Assembly: GCA_026770705.1 (NCBI GenBank)
Contig: JANJGN010000016.1
Location: 88,164,001 to 88,228,000 of the forward strand
Direction of reading: 5' to 3'
Length of the DNA: 64,000 bases
From: Isurus oxyrinchus
Taxonomy: Eukaryota
Positions 24,760 to 37,926 of the stretch are shown here, one piece after another. Both the position numbers and the translations under genes were made by a program. The notes beneath the pieces are model-generated. The model made no database searches. It was given only the letters and a program-made list of their open reading frames with translations, and was not told where the DNA came from. The stretch's first letter is position 1. Every line of letters starts with the position of its first letter.

Positions 24760-27503
24760 CCTCTACTTTAATGCCAGGAGTATTACAGGTAAAACGGATG
24801 AGTTAAGGGTGAGGATTGACACGTGGAATTGTGATATATTGGCCATCACTGAAACGTGGCTGAGGGAGGGGCAGGATTGGCAGCTCAACATTCTGGGATA
24901 TAGAATCTTCAGGCGAGACGAGGAGGGGATAAAAGAGGAGGAGGCATTGTATTGTTTGTTAAGGAGTCAGTTACTGCAGTAAGGAGAGATGATATCTTGG
25001 AGGGGGCATCGAATGAAGCTTTGTGGGTGGAGCTTAGGAATAAAAAAGGGGCAGCCACATTGTTAGGTGTTTATTATAGACCCACAGATAGTCAGCAGGA
25101 AATTGAGGAGCAAATATGAGCACAATTTGCGGAGGTGTGTAAAAACAATAACAATAGGGTAATTATATTAGGAGATTTCAACTTTCCCAACATTAATTGG
25201 GATAGACATGGTGTTAAGTGCTTGGATGGATTGGATATTTTGAAATGTTTACAGGAGGACTTTTTAGGTCAATATGTAGAGGGTCCAACAAGGGATGGCG
25301 CCGTGCTGGACTAATTCTGGAGAATGAAGCCAGACAGGTGGCTGAGGTGGTGGTGGGGGAGCATTTTAATGATATTGACCACAACATGGTACAGTTTAAG
25401 CTTGTTATGGACAAAGAAATAGGCAAGTTGCAAAAAAATGTCTTGGATTGGGGGAGAGTGGATTTTAGTAAAATAAGGCAGGATCTGGCCAAGGTAGACC
25501 GGGAACAGTTACTTGTGGGGAAATCTACAGAGGAGCAGTGGGGGGTATTGAAAAAGGAAATGGGGAGTGTACAGGCTCAACATGTTCCCTCTAGGGTGAT
25601 AGGAAGGAGTAACAAGCCCAGAGAACCATGGATGACCAGAGTTATTCAGGATACGATGAAAATGAAGAGAGAGGCTTTTAGCAGGTACAAGGGAAGCAAA
25701 TCAGCAGAGGCATTAGTGGAGTACAGACAGTGCAGAGTGGAGCTTAGAAAGCAATTAGGAGAGCAAAGAGGGGATATGAGAAAGCTCTGGCTGGTAAAAG
25801 TAGGGAAAATCCCAAGATATTCCAGATGTATATCAATGGGAAGAGGATAACCAGGGAAAGAGTAGGGCCCATTAGGGACCAAGGGGGCAATCTATGGGTG
25901 GAGCCAGCGGACATCGCTAGAGTGTTGAATGAATACTTCACATCCCTCTTCAACCCAGAGAATGAGAATGAAGGTATGGAACTCGGGGAGAGAGACTGCA
26001 AGGTTCTTAAATAAATTGATATATGGAGTGACAAGGTATTGGAGATGTTGGCAGGCTTAAGAGTGGACAAATCTCCAGGTCCGGACGATCTGTCTTCCAG
26101 ACTGCTGAAGGAGGTAAGGGAGAAGATCTGAAGGGCTCTGACCCAAATTTTTAATTCCTCTCTGGCCACGGGGGAGGTGCCAGAGGACTGGAGAAAAGCT
26201 AATGTGGTTCCGCTATATAAGAAGTGTTGTAGAGATAAGCCAGGGAATTACAGGCCAGTGAGTCTCACATCAGTGGTAGGGAAATTATTGGAGAAAGTTC
26301 TGAAGGAGAGTATCTATCTCCACTTGGAAAGGCAAGGTTTGATCAGGGATAGTCAGCATGGCTTTGTCAGAAGGGGGGCATGCCTTACAAATTTGATTGA
26401 ATGTTTTGAGGAGGTGACCAGGTGTGTAGATAAGGGTAGTGCAGTTGATGTAGTTTATATGGATTTCAGCAAAGCCTTCGACAAGTTCCCACATGGGAGA
26501 ATTATAAAGAAGGCAAATGGACATGGGATACAGGGTAATTTGATAAGATGGATTCAAAATTGGTTTAGTTGTAGGAGACAGAGGGTGATGACAGAAGGAT
26601 GCTTTAGTGACTGGAAGCCAGTGTCCAGTGGTGTACCACAGGGATCTGTGCTCAGTCCCCTATTATTCGTCGTTTATATAAACAACATAGATGACTATGT
26701 GGGGGGAGGATTAGTAAATTTGCGGATGACACAAAGATTGGCCGGGTGGTTAACAGTGAGGCTGAGTCTTGGGCTACAGGAAGATATAGACAGGATGGTC
26801 AAATGGGCAGATAAGTGGCAGATGGAACTTAACCCTGAAAAGTGTGAGGTGATACACTTTGGAAGGAGTAATTTGACAAGGAAGTATTCAATGAAAGGCA
26901 TGAGACTTGGAAGTTCTGAGGAACAAAGTGACATTGGAGTGTGTGTCCATAGATTTCTGAAGGCGGAGGGGCATGTTAGTGGGGTGATGAAAAAGACATA
27001 TGGGACACTTGCCTTTATCAATCAAGGCATAGATTACAAAATTTGAGAGTCATGTTGGAGTGTATAGAACCTTGGTGAGGCCACAGCTGAAGTACTGTGT
27101 GCAGTTCTGGTCGCCACATTATAGGAAGGATGTGATTGCACTGGACGGGGTGCAGAGGAGATTCAACAGGATGTTGCCTGGGATGAAACATTTAAGTTAT
27201 GAAGAGAGGTTGGAAATGCTTGGGTTGTTTTCATTGGAGCAGAGAAGACTGAGGGGCCACCTGATCGAGGTGTACAAGATTATGAGGGGCATGGACAGGG
27301 TGGATAGGGAGCAGCTGTTCCCCTTAGTTGAAGGGTCAGTTATGAGGGGATATAAGTTCAAGGTGAGGGGCAGGAAGTTTAGGGGGGATGTGAGGGGAAC
27401 ATTTTTTACCCAGAGGGTGGTGACAGTCTGGAATGCATTGCCTGGGAGGGTGGTGCAGGCGGGTTGCCTCACATCATTTAAAAAGTACCTGGATGAGCAC
27501 TAG
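24760..27503 (+). pseudogene. CR1 ORF2 (APE endonuclease + reverse transcriptase), disrupted
   Basis: YFNARSI, DILAITETWL, GDFNFPNINW, NYRPVSLTSVVGK, DFSKAFD, SGVPQGSVL and FADD (26719-26730, in a shifted frame). Several stops and frameshifts. Confidence 0.92.
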
Positions 27504-27723
27504 GAACGTCATAACATTCAAGGCTATGGGCCAAGTGCTGGTAAATTGGATTAGGTAGGAAGATCAGGTGTTTCTCACGTGTCAGTGTAGACTCGATGGG
27601 CTGAAGGGTCTCCTCCCCACTGTGTGATTCTGTGATTCTGTGATTGTGTGAATAGTCTTGTTATAAAAGAACCGTTCGGATGAATGACCATAATATGATA
27701 GAATTTACATTATGTTTTAAAAT

Positions 27724-28935
27724 GTACAGACTGGATTGTGAAATGTGAGGTACCTGAGTACACAGAGTGGATTGTGAAGTGTGATGTACCAGAGTACACA
27801 GACTACATTGTGAAGTGTGATGTACCTGAGTACACAGACTGGATTGTGAAGTGTGATGTACGTGAGTACACAGACTGCATTGTGAAGTGTGATGTACCTG
27901 AGTATACAGACTGGATTGTGAAATGTGACGTACCTGTGTACACAGACTGGAATGTGATGTGTGATGTACCTGAGTACACAGATTGGATTGTGAAGTGTGA
28001 TGTACCTGAGTACACAGACTGGATTGTGAAATGTGACGTACCTGTGTACACAGACTGGATTGTTAAGTGTGATGTACCTGAGTACATAGACTGGATTGTT
28101 AAGTGTGATGTACCAGAGTACACAGAATGGATTGTTAAGTGTGATGTACCTGAGTACACAGACTGGATTGTGAAGTGTGGTGTATCTGAGTACACAGAGT
28201 AGCTTGTGAAGTGTGATTTACCAGAGTACACAGACTAGATTGTGAAGTGTGGTGCACCTGAGTACACAGACTGGATTGTGAAGTGTGATGTACCTGAGTA
28301 GACAGCCTGGATTGTGAAGTGTGATGTACCTGAGTACACAGACTGGATTGTGAAGTGTGATGTACCTGAGTACACAGACTGGATTGTGAAGCGTGATTTA
28401 CCTGAGTACACAGACTGGATTGTGAAGTGTGATGTACCTGAGTACACAGACTGGATTGTGAAGTGTGATGTACCTGAGTACACAGACTGGATTGTGTAGT
28501 GTGATGTACCTGAGTACACAGACTGGACTGTGAAATGTGATGTACCTGAGTACAGAGACTGGATTGTGAAATGTGATGTACCTGAGTACACAGACTGGAT
28601 TGTGAAGTGTGATGTACCTGAGTACACAAACTGGATTGTGAAGTGTGTTGTACCTGAGTACACAGACTGGATTGTGAAATGTGATGTACCTGAGTACACA
28701 GACTGGATTGTGAAGTGTGTTGTACCTGAGTACACAGACTGGATTTTGAAGTGTGATGTACCTGAGTACACAGACTGGATTGTGAAGTGTGATGTACCTG
28801 AGTACACAGACTGGATTGTGAAGTGTGATGTACCTGAGTACACAGACTGTATTGTGAAGTGTGATGTACCTGAGTACACAGACTGGATTGTGAAGTGTGT
28901 TGTACCTGAGTACACAGACTGGACTGTGAAATGTA
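27724..28935. repeat. 36-bp minisatellite (~34 copies)
   Basis: Unit gattgtgaagtgtgatgtacctgagtacacagactg. It produces spurious (VKCDVPEYTDWI)n ORFs. Confidence 0.97.
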
Positions 28936-29424
28936 ACATCACCAATAAGTAGCCATTGTTAAACAATATTAATGACATTTTGCTGAGCAACTTATTAATA
29001 AAGTTTTATTGCAGCTTTTTACAGATCTTTATATATTGGCACAATAATCTGGTCTGCATATATTACTGTATATAGATGACATATATTTGTAAAACATATT
29101 TTAAATCATATAATATGATACATATGACTTATTACTCAGGCTTCCCTATATATTACTCAGCAGGATATATCATCACTAACATTTTAACTATGTAGTGTCA
29201 CAGCTCTGATAACCATATTAATCAAGATTTAATTGTATCTTTCATTCTCTCTGTGTTTACTGACACAATTCTCTGGTTCGTGGGTTACCCTATGTACAAA
29301 CCATCTGTGATGTCCTTGGAGTAATGGCTCAAACTGACTTCATCAAACTGACATTCCAAATAGGCCGACACTGTTCATAACGGGATTATCTGTAATTGTG
29401 TCAGATCTGAGCGTCAGCAGCTAA

Positions 29425-30945
29425 ACTAGAGAGAGGGATGGAGGTCAATTAGGGGGAGGGGTGAAAGTCAAATAGAGAAGGGTTGGAGGTCAGATAGACA
29501 GAGAGATGGAGGTCAGGTAGAGAAAGGGATAGAGTTCAGACAGAGGGTTGGAGGTCAGATAGAGAGAGTGATGGAGGTCAGATAGACAGAGAGATGGAGG
29601 TTAGGTAGAGAAAGGGATATATATCAGATAGAGGGATGGAGTCATATAGAGAGAGGGGTGGAGGTCAGATAGAGAGAGGAATGAAGGGCTGAAATGCAGA
29701 GTGATGGTGGTCAGATGGAGCGAGGGATGGAGGTCAGGTGGACAGATGTCTGGAGCTCAGGTTGAGAGAGGGGTGGATGTCAGATAGGGATAGGTGTGGA
29801 GAACAGGAAGAGAGAGAGATGTAGGTCAGATAGAGAGAGGGATGGAGTCAGATAGAGAGAGGGATGGAGGTCTGAAACGCAGAGGGATGGAGTCAGATAG
29901 AGAGAAGGATGGAGTCAGTTAGAGAGGGGGATGAAGGTCAGATAGAGAGAGGGATGGAGCTCAGATAGAGAGAGGGATGGAGTCAGATAGAGAGAAGGAT
30001 AGAGGGCAGATAGAGAGAGGGATGGAGTCAGATAGAGAGAGGGATGGAGTCAGATAGAGAGAAGGATAGAGGGCAGATAGAGAGAGGGATGGAGGTCTGT
30101 AATGCAGAGTGATGGAGTTCAGATAGAGAGAGGGATGGAGTCAGATAGAGAGAGGGATGGAGTCAGATAGAGAGAGGGATGGAGTCAGATAGAGAGAGGG
30201 ATGGAGGTCTGATAGAGAGAGGGATGGAGTCACATAGAGAGAGGGATGGAGGTCAGATAGAGAGAGGGATGGAGTCAGATAGAGAGAGGTATGGAGTCAG
30301 ACAGAGAGAGGGATGGAGGTCTGAAACGCAGAGTGATGGAGGTCAGATGGAGCGAGGGATGCGGTCAGGTGGAGAGATGGCTGGAGGTCAGGTAGAGAGA
30401 GGGATGGAGTCAGATAGAGAGAGGGATGGAGTCAGATAGAGAGAGGGATGGAGGTCTGAAACGCAGAGTGATGGAGGTCAGATGGAGCGAGGGATGCGTT
30501 CAGGTGGAGAGATGGCTGGAGGTCAGGTAGAGAGAGGGGTGGAGGTCAGAAGGGAGAGGGGTGGAGGACAGGTAGAGAGAGAGATGGAGGTCAGTTAGAG
30601 GGATGGCTGGAGTACAGATAGAGAGTAGGCTGGAGATCAGAAAGAGAGAAGAGTAGAGGTCAGATGAAGAGAGGGATGGAGGTTGGAGAGAAAGACGGAT
30701 GGAGGTTAGAGAGAAAGACGGATGGAGGTCAGACAGAGAGAGGAATGAAGATCAGATAGAGAGAGGGATAGAGGTTAGAACGAGAGACAAATGGAGCTCA
30801 GAGCGAGAGAGGGATGGAGGTTGGATAGAGAGTGGGATAGAGGTCAGATAACTACAGGGATGGAGGTCAGAGAGAGAGAGATGGAGGTCAGATAGAGAGA
30901 GGGATGGAGAGCTGTTCAGGAGAGAGATGGAGCTCGGATACACCA
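29425..30945. repeat. Degenerate purine-rich ~23-25-bp tandem repeat
   Basis: gagggatggag(g)tcagatagagaga reiterated. Confidence 0.9.
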
Positions 30946-30959
30946 GGGGTGAAGCTCAG

Positions 30960-31620
30960 TGAGGTGTGTATCTGAGAGGAAGGTCGGACACTCAGAGGGA
31001 GGGATGGAGATCAGGGAGGTGTGTATCTGAGAGGAAGTTCGGTCACTCAGGGAGAGGGATGGTGATCAGGGAGGTGTGTATCTGAGAGGAAGTTCGGTCA
31101 CTCAGGGAGAGGGATGGAGATCAGGGAGGTGTGTATCTGAGAGGAAGGTGGGACACTCAGAAGGAGGGATGGAGATCAGGGAGATGCGTATTTGAGAGGA
31201 AGGTCGGACACTCAGAGGGAGGGATGGAGATCAGGGAGGTGTGTATCTGAGAGGAAGGTCGGACACTCAGAAGGAGGGATGGAGATCAGGGAGATGCGTA
31301 TTTGAGAGGAAGGTCGGACACTCAGAGGGAGGGATGGAGATCAGGGAGGTGTGTATCTGAGAGGAAGGTCGGACACTCAGAGGGAGGGATGGAGATCAGG
31401 GAGGTGTGTATCTGAGAGGAAGGTCGGACACTCAGAGGGAGGGATGGAGATCAGGGAGGTGTGTAACTGAGAGGAAGGTCGGACACTCAGAGGGGGGATG
31501 GAGATCAGGGAAGTGTGTATCTGAGAGGAAGGTCGGACACTCAGAGGGAGGGATGGAGATCAGGGAGGTGTGTATCTGAGAGGAAGGTCGGACACTCAGA
31601 GGGAGGGATGGAGATCAGGT
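30960..31620. repeat. 55-bp minisatellite (~12 copies), unrelated to the large satellite
   Basis: Unit gggaggtgtgtatctgagaggaaggtcggacactcagagggagggatggagatca; period 55 (aggtc at 31201 and 31256). Confidence 0.95.
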
Positions 31621-31944
31621 GGAACGAGGTTACTGTCCATTCTCTCCACCTGTGCTGCAGTTTGGTGCAGACTAACCTGTTGATCTGTGGATCCCGGTTA
31701 ATGCAATCCCCTTGCTCCCTGCCTTTCAGTCTCTCTCAAACCACACCACCACTTCTTCCCTGTAGGGAATGGGATTGAGCCAGTAACCCAGAGGAGATGA
31801 GTTCAAATCCCAGGATGGGAAATAGTGAAATGGAATTGGATAAATCTGATCATTTGTGTTCTGGCTGCAGAAATTGTCCATAAATCCTGCTGGATTGCTG
31901 TAAAACACAAGGGACTCAGTGAGGGAAGCTGCCGGTCTCACCCT

Positions 31945-32200
31945 GTCACTCTCTACCCTGTCAATCACTTTATGAATTTTATATATTTCAATGGGATCAC
32001 CTCTCATTCTTCTAAACTCCAGGGAATAATGTCCCAGTCTACTCAATCTCTCCTCATCGAACAATCCCCTCATCCCAGGAATCACTCTGGGGAATCTCTG
32101 CTGCACTCCTTCCAAGGCTGGTATATCCTTCCTTAGGTAAGGAGACCGAATCTGTACACAGTAATCCATGTGTGGTCTCACCAAGGTCCGATAGAATTAT
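31945..32200 (-). mobile_element. CR1 RT C-terminal fragment
   Basis: VRPHMDYCVQIRSPYLRKDIPALEGVQQRF...RRMRGDPIEIYKI. Confidence 0.85.
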
Positions 32201-32239
32201 AATAAGACTTCTTCACTCTGACAGGTACAGGAGCTGACA

Positions 32240-32523
32240 CAGAGTCTCTCTCTCTCACACTAACCCATCCCTCTCCCTCTCACTCTCTCTATCTCTCTCT
32301 CTCTCTCAATCTCTGTCGCTCTCTCCATCTCCCTCTCACTCACACTAACCCATCCCTCTCTCCCGCTCTCTCGCTCTCTCTATCTCACTCTCTCTCTCTC
32401 TCTCTCTCAAACTCTCTATGTCGCTCTCCCTCTATATCTAACTCTCCATCTCACCCTCTCTCTCTCTATCTCTCTGCCTCTCTCTCCATCTCCCTGTCTC
32501 TCTCTCACTCTCTCTCTCTCTCT

Positions 32524-32564
<41 letters not shown>

Positions 32565-32565
32565 C
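32240..32565. repeat. CT-rich low-complexity/microsatellite tract
   Basis: (ct)n runs. Confidence 0.9.
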
Positions 32566-33194
32566 TCTATCCTGCCTTGTCCCTCTGTAGATGTTCTCTG
32601 GGTGTGAGTGTTTAATATAAGGGGGTGTTTGTCAGTATATTTTCGATGCTCTATGGTTTCTGAGCATGGTGGGAGGGGATCAGGGCTCTGTTCTTTGACG
32701 TGACGCAGTGATGTCTGTCCCAGTGTCTCAGACTGTGATGCTGTTGTTTTCTGTGACTGACGCTATGATATTGATTGTAATCTCACTCAGTGTGACACGA
32801 GGTTACATGTCTTGATCAGTGGTGAGGGAGGAGCAGACTGAACAAGGAGCTGCAATCATCAGTCACTGCCGAAATCCTTCACACAGCCCGCACACTCCGC
32901 AAACTTCTTCACTAAATATTCTTTCAGCTCCTTAATGAGAGGCCTGGAGCTGAAAAGGGAAAAAGAGAAAGATATCTTTTCGAGAGGCTCATGGACACAA
33001 TGTACACTGTACATTACCCACTAATGACACTCTGTCTACATTTAACTCATTGTTTAAGCTCCAGCCCACCTCCTGTTCCCATCCATATGTTTCAGTCAAG
33101 GAGCCTGATAAGCCTCTAGCACAGGAGGAGGCCATTCAGCCCCTTGTGTCTGTGCTAGCTGTGCACTCAGATCATTCAGAACTAACCTCTCAGT

Positions 33195-33660
33195 TTAATG
33201 TCTGTAATGGGGAAGTGACTGGAACCTGTTATTAGAGACAGAATGAGTGACAAATATGAACTGATCAGAGAGAGTCAGCATGGATTTAAAAAGGATCAGA
33301 CATCTTTAACTAACCTGGTTACATTTTTTAAGGAGGTCACTAATGTGGTAGATTCGGGAATGTATATGGAAGTGATTGATATGGATTTCCAGAAGACATT
33401 CGAGAAAATTCAACATGAGAGACTGAATAAAAATGGAAGCAGATGGAATTTGAGGAAACCTGTTGCCATGGATGAGGAACTGGTTAGGAGGCAGGAGACA
33501 GAGAGTAGGGATAATGTGTATGTGCTCCAATGAGCAAGATGTGAATAATCATGTCCCCAGGGATCTGTGCTGGAGCCTCAGCTTTTCACAATATTTATCA
33601 ATGATTTGGATGAAGAAATAGAGAGCCATATATCCAAGATTGCTGACGACACTAAGTTAG
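33195..33660 (+). mobile_element. CR1 RT fragment
   Basis: LIRESQHGF...SLTNLVTFFKEVT...MDFQKTF, a PQGSVL-like motif and IADDTK. Confidence 0.8.
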
Positions 33661-34145
33661 GCGGCTTGGAGGAGGTTACAGAGATGGGGAGTGTCGAGGA
33701 CTGAGAGGGATTTGAGAACAAGGATGAGAATTTTAAAATCGAGACATTGCTGGGCTGGGAGGTCAGTGAGCACAGGGGGTGATGGGTGAACGGGACTTGG
33801 TGTGAGTTCAGATCCGGGCAGCAGAGTTTGGGATGAGCTCATGTTTACGGAGTGTGGAAGGTGTGACTCCGGCCAGGGCAGCATTGGAATCGTCACGTTT
33901 CAGGGAACAAAGACATGGAGGAGATTCTCAGCAGCAGATGGTCTGAGGCAGGCCGGACTCGGGCGATGTTACCGAGGTGGAAATAGGCTCTCTTAGTGAT
34001 GGAGCGGATGATGTGGTCAGAAGCTCATCTCAGGGTCAAACTGGACACCATGGCTGTGAACTGTGTGGTTCAGTGTCAGACAGACCCAGGGAGAGGGATG
34101 GAATCGGTGATGAGGGAACAGAGTTTGTGATGGGGACTGAAGACA
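33660..34145 (-). mobile_element. L2-clade LINE fragment inserted in CR1
   Basis: Minus-strand QQCLDFKILILVLKSL...PHLCNLLQ matches the L2 C-terminal 'RI.FKIL.L.FKAL...P.YL..LL' motif. CR1 sequence resumes at ~34146 (tggcagatggagctcaacgtggggagtgtgaaatcatccactttgg). Confidence 0.7.
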
Positions 34146-34934
34146 ATGGCAGATGGAGCTCAACGTGGGGAGTGTGAAATCATCCACTTTGGACCGAAGA
34201 AAGATGGATCAGAGTAATTTGTAAATGGTGAGATGCTGGCAGCTGTGGAGGAGCAGAAAGATGAGGCCAAGGTTGTGAAGAGTCTGGTTCAGCAGCAGAC
34301 AGTGCTCAGGGAGAGGGATGGAGTTTGTATCGGGAGCTGAAGACGATGGCTTTGATCTTCCCAATGTGTTTCCCAGTGAGCCTGCCTCCTCAGTCCTGAC
34401 TGCTCTTAGCTGCTGTTCTTTTCACTGATTGGACAGTTATTATTACAGATTCAGACCACAGCAGAAACCCCCAGTGTAAAAAATAACTGCAAAGATTGTC
34501 CGATCGCAAGACTGAAACGTAACCAAGAGAGGAAGTGAAAGAAGGAGCTCAGAGCAGCTGGATGTTTGTTACTGACACGGGAGAAAACTGTGAACCGTGT
34601 CCACTACCTAGAATCTTACAGCACAGAAGGAGGCCATTCAGCCCATCCTGTCTGTGAGTTACCCAGTGAGTCCCACTCCCCCTCTCTGTCCCCATAACCC
34701 AGCAAATCTTTCCTTTTCAGGTAGATCTCCAATTCCCTCTTGTAGACCTGGGTCCACAGCTCAAGACTGTCTCGAACCTGGGCTCGAAATTGGCATCTCA
34801 TTCATTCATTGGAAGACAAAATGCCCGGAGTGGGAAATGGAGCTCAGAACTCCAAACATTCCCTCTCCCCTCCTGAGGGACACTTCATGCTGGGATACAT
34901 TTCGATGGAATCCGGGAGCACAACATGGGGGAGG

Positions 34935-35230
34935 CTGTGGGGTAGCGGCAATGTTACTGGACCAGTAATCCAGAGGCCCAGGGTAACGCTCTGGGGTCAC
35001 ACTTTCAAATCCCACCCTGGCAGCTGGTGGAATTTAAATTCAATTAATAAATCCAGAATTATAATTTAGTCTCAGTCACGGTGACCATGAAACCATTGTC
35101 GATTGATGTAAAAACCCATCTGGTTCACTCATGTCCTTTAGGGAAGGAAATCTGCTGTCCTTACCTGGTCTGGCCTACATGTGACTCTAGACCCACAGCA
35201 ATGTGGTTGACTCTTCACTGCCTCTGAAAT
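34935..35230 (+). mobile_element. tRNA-derived SINE-like element
   Basis: Head with a box-B-like 'ttcaaatcccacc' and body 'aaaaacccatctggttcac...tttagggaaggaaatctgctgtccttacctggtctggcctacatgtgactc'. A degenerate related head lies at ~31790-31940. Confidence 0.6.
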
Positions 35231-35334
35231 GTCCTCCCATTTGTACCAAACCGCTATGAGGTCTAAAAGGAATGAAAGCAGACGGACCACCCACCATTGA
35301 TCTAGACACTGGAAACGACAACAGCAAACTCAGC

Positions 35335-35765
35335 CCTGTCCACCCTGCAAAGTCCTCCTGACTGACATCTAGGGACTAGTGTCAAAATTGGGAGAGCTGT
35401 CTCACAGACTAGTCAAGCAACAGCCTGACAGAGTCATCCTCACGGAATCATACCTTACAGATAATGTCCCGGACAACACCATCACCATCCCACCAGCAGG
35501 ACAGGCCCAGCACAGGTGGTGACACAGTGGTATACAGTCAGGAGGGAGTTGCCCTGGGAGTTATCAACATCAACACCCAACCCCATGAAGTCACATGGCA
35601 TCAGGTCAAACATGGGCAAGGAAACCTCCTGCTGATTACCACGTACTGCCCTCCCTCAGCTGGTGAATCAGTGCCCCTCCATGCTGAACATCACTTGGAG
35701 GGAGCACTGAGAGTGGCAAAGGCACAGAATGTACTCAGTGTGGAGGACTTCAACGTGCATCACTA
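35335..35765 (+). mobile_element. Non-LTR retrotransposon APE endonuclease fragment (non-CR1 family)
   Basis: LVKQQPDRVILTESYL, QDRPSTGGDTVVYS, LLITTYCPPS and EDFNVHH. Confidence 0.75.
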
Positions 35766-35864
35766 AGAGCTGCTCAGTGTGTTGAAGCCTCGACCTGATA
35801 GCAGGATATTTGACTGCAGGAGCCATCACCACTGAGCATAATTCTCTCATCGACAACGTGAATT

Positions 35865-36495
35865 TTTATAGTGCCTTAACATAAAAAACATCCCAAGGGG
35901 TTTCAGAGAGCTGCAGTAAGAGGAACGGGGGAGGGGATGATGGGACTTTAGGAAGAGGGATCGAAGTCTTAGCTGAAAGGATGGAGTTTGATGGAGGAGA
36001 GAGAAGCCTGGAGAGGGGGAGGGATTAAGGCAGGAATTCAGGGAGCTGGGCCTAGGCGTCTGAAGGCTCTGCTGTCAATGTTGGGATGAATGAAGCAGAG
36101 ATGGGCAGGAGAGCAGAGTCAGAAGGTGGAAGGGTGAGGGAGGGAATGTGAGTCTGCAGCAGAACACAGAGGTAGGGAGGAGCGAGGCCATGGAGTGCAT
36201 TGGAGGGCAGTGAGGTCAGGGGTTACAGGTCAGTGAGGTCAGGGATAATGTAGGAACAACACTTCATGTGGCACAGGGTATGGAATGCTGCATTTCGGAC
36301 AGTTGGGATTTATGGAGCGTGGATGAAGGAAGCCGGGAGAGGACATCGGAATAATGGAGTCAGGAGGCGAGACAAACAGGGATAAGGGTTTCTGTGGTCA
36401 AGGGGCTGATGTAGTGCAGAGACGGACAATGTTGTGGAGATGGAAATGAGAGGCTTACGGGATGGAGAGATGTGGAGTTTGAAGCTCAGATACTG
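35865..36495 (-). mobile_element. Degenerate L2-clade LINE fragment
   Basis: Nucleotide similarity to the other L2-like pieces ('gggattaaggcaggaattcagggagctgggcctaggcgtctgaaggc'). Confidence 0.55.
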
Positions 36496-36654
36496 GGGGC
36501 CCAATGGGAAGGAGGCCCATGTTTACTGGTCCCTATTGGAGGCTCCAGTGGGAAGGAGGCCCATGTTTACTGGTCTCTATTGGAGGGTCCAGTGGGACAT
36601 GGACACCATGGTTGATGTGTGGGACAGTTCCTTGTTGTCAATGTGTGATTGTCC

Positions 36655-37660
36655 ACCTTTGAGTAAGTCACAAGCAAGGTGGATAAAGGGGAAACTGTAG
36701 ATGTGGTGTACACGGAATTTTTAAATGCATTTGATAAGGTGACACATCAAACATTGCTGCATAAGATGAGAGCTCATGGGCCAGGATTTTGCTCTCGTCG
36801 GGTGAACTCGGTGGGGGTGAGAGTGGGCGTTCAGGAAGCCGACCACTGCCTGTGATTGGAGCCTGAGCGGGATTTCACACTGGCGAGCCAATTAAAGCCC
36901 TCCCAGCGTGAACCACGTGCTCCAGCGCTCAGCGCTGCCTGTGTCGGGAGGAGGGAGGGATGGGGGTAAGCGGAGAGCTTTGTGCATGAGTGCGAGTGTG
37001 CACAGGAAAAGCTCCCTGAGGCACGGAGCGGCCTGTAAGGTAGCTCAATGTGTCGATCTCATCAAGATGGGTAGGAATGTAATTTGTTAAGAGCAGGTAG
37101 GGAGTCTGCAAAGGGATATGGACAGGTTAAGTGAGAGGACAACAATTTGTCAGATGGAGCGTAATGTGTGAAAATGTGAACTTGGCAGGAAGAATACAAA
37201 AGCAGGATATTATTTAAATGGAGAGAGATCCTGCAGAACTCTGAGATCCAGAGGGATCTGGGTGTCCTGGTGCATGAATCACAAAAAGTTGGTTTGCAGA
37301 TGCAGCAAGTGATTCGGACGGCACATGGAATGTTGGAGTTTGTTGCAAGGGGAATGGAATATAAACATAAGGAAGTTTTACTGCAGCTGTACAGGGACGT
37401 TGGTGAGACCACATCTGGAGCAGTGTGTACAGTTTTGGTCTCCTTATTTGAAAAAGGATATAATTGCGTTCGAAGCAGTTGAGAGAAGGTTCATTCGGCT
37501 CACTCCTGGGATGAGGGGTTTATTTCATGAAGGAACGTTGGACAGGTTGGGACTCCAGTCAGTGCAATGGAGAAGAATGAGAGGGGATCTTATTAAAACA
37601 TATAAAATCCTGAAGGGATATGATAGAATGGATTCCAGGAGGTTGACCCCACTTCTCAGG
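36655..37660 (+). mobile_element. CR1 RT fragment interrupted by a putative DNA-transposon end
   Basis: VDKGETVDVVY...AFDKV, then after the insertion LGVLVHESQKV and LVRPHLEQCVQFWSPYLKKDI. Confidence 0.85.
36778..37030 (+). mobile_element. Putative non-autonomous DNA transposon (Harbinger-like) terminus
   Basis: GC-rich non-CR1 insert beginning GGGCCAGGATTTT. No matching right TIR was seen. Confidence 0.4.
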
Positions 37661-37926
37661 AGAGAGAAAAATGAGTAGGTGGAGGGACAAAGAAAGAGAG
37701 ACAGAAAGTTAGGGAGAAAGAGAGAGAGGGAGGGAGAGGGAGAGAGAGGGAAAGGAAGAGAAGGGGAGGGAGAGAGAGAGCAAACAAGGAGAGTGAGACA
37801 AAAAGAACAAGACAAGGAGACAGGCAGAACGAGAGGGAGAGAGAGACAGGGAGTGACGGACAGAGAGAGGGAAAGATAGAGGGAGAGTGATGGACAGATA
37901 CTGAGAGAGGGAGGGAGAGAGTTGAA

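Larger units (their letters stand above)
23330..27650 (+). mobile_element. Near-full-length CR1 LINE (5' UTR, ORF1, ORF2, 8-bp tail), inactivated
   Basis: ORF1 zinc-finger and esterase motifs, ORF2 APE endonuclease and RT motifs, and a 3' tail of (gattctgt)n at ~27620-27650. Confidence 0.95.

Noticed and set aside
27738-28990. Repeat-protein ORFs (VKCDVPEYTDWI)n and (SGTSHFTIQSVY)n
   Set aside because: By-products of a 36-bp unit that is open in several frames on both strands, with sporadic stops and no gene structure.
29240-29425. Possible exon of a second gene on the minus strand in unique AT-rich sequence
   Set aside because: Only a short open stretch, with no recognisable domain or consistent splice phase.
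32580-32950. Unique island with TGACGTGACGCA (CRE-like) as a second promoter or leader
   Set aside because: No linked leader exon, V segment or ORF was found, and a single short motif is insufficient.
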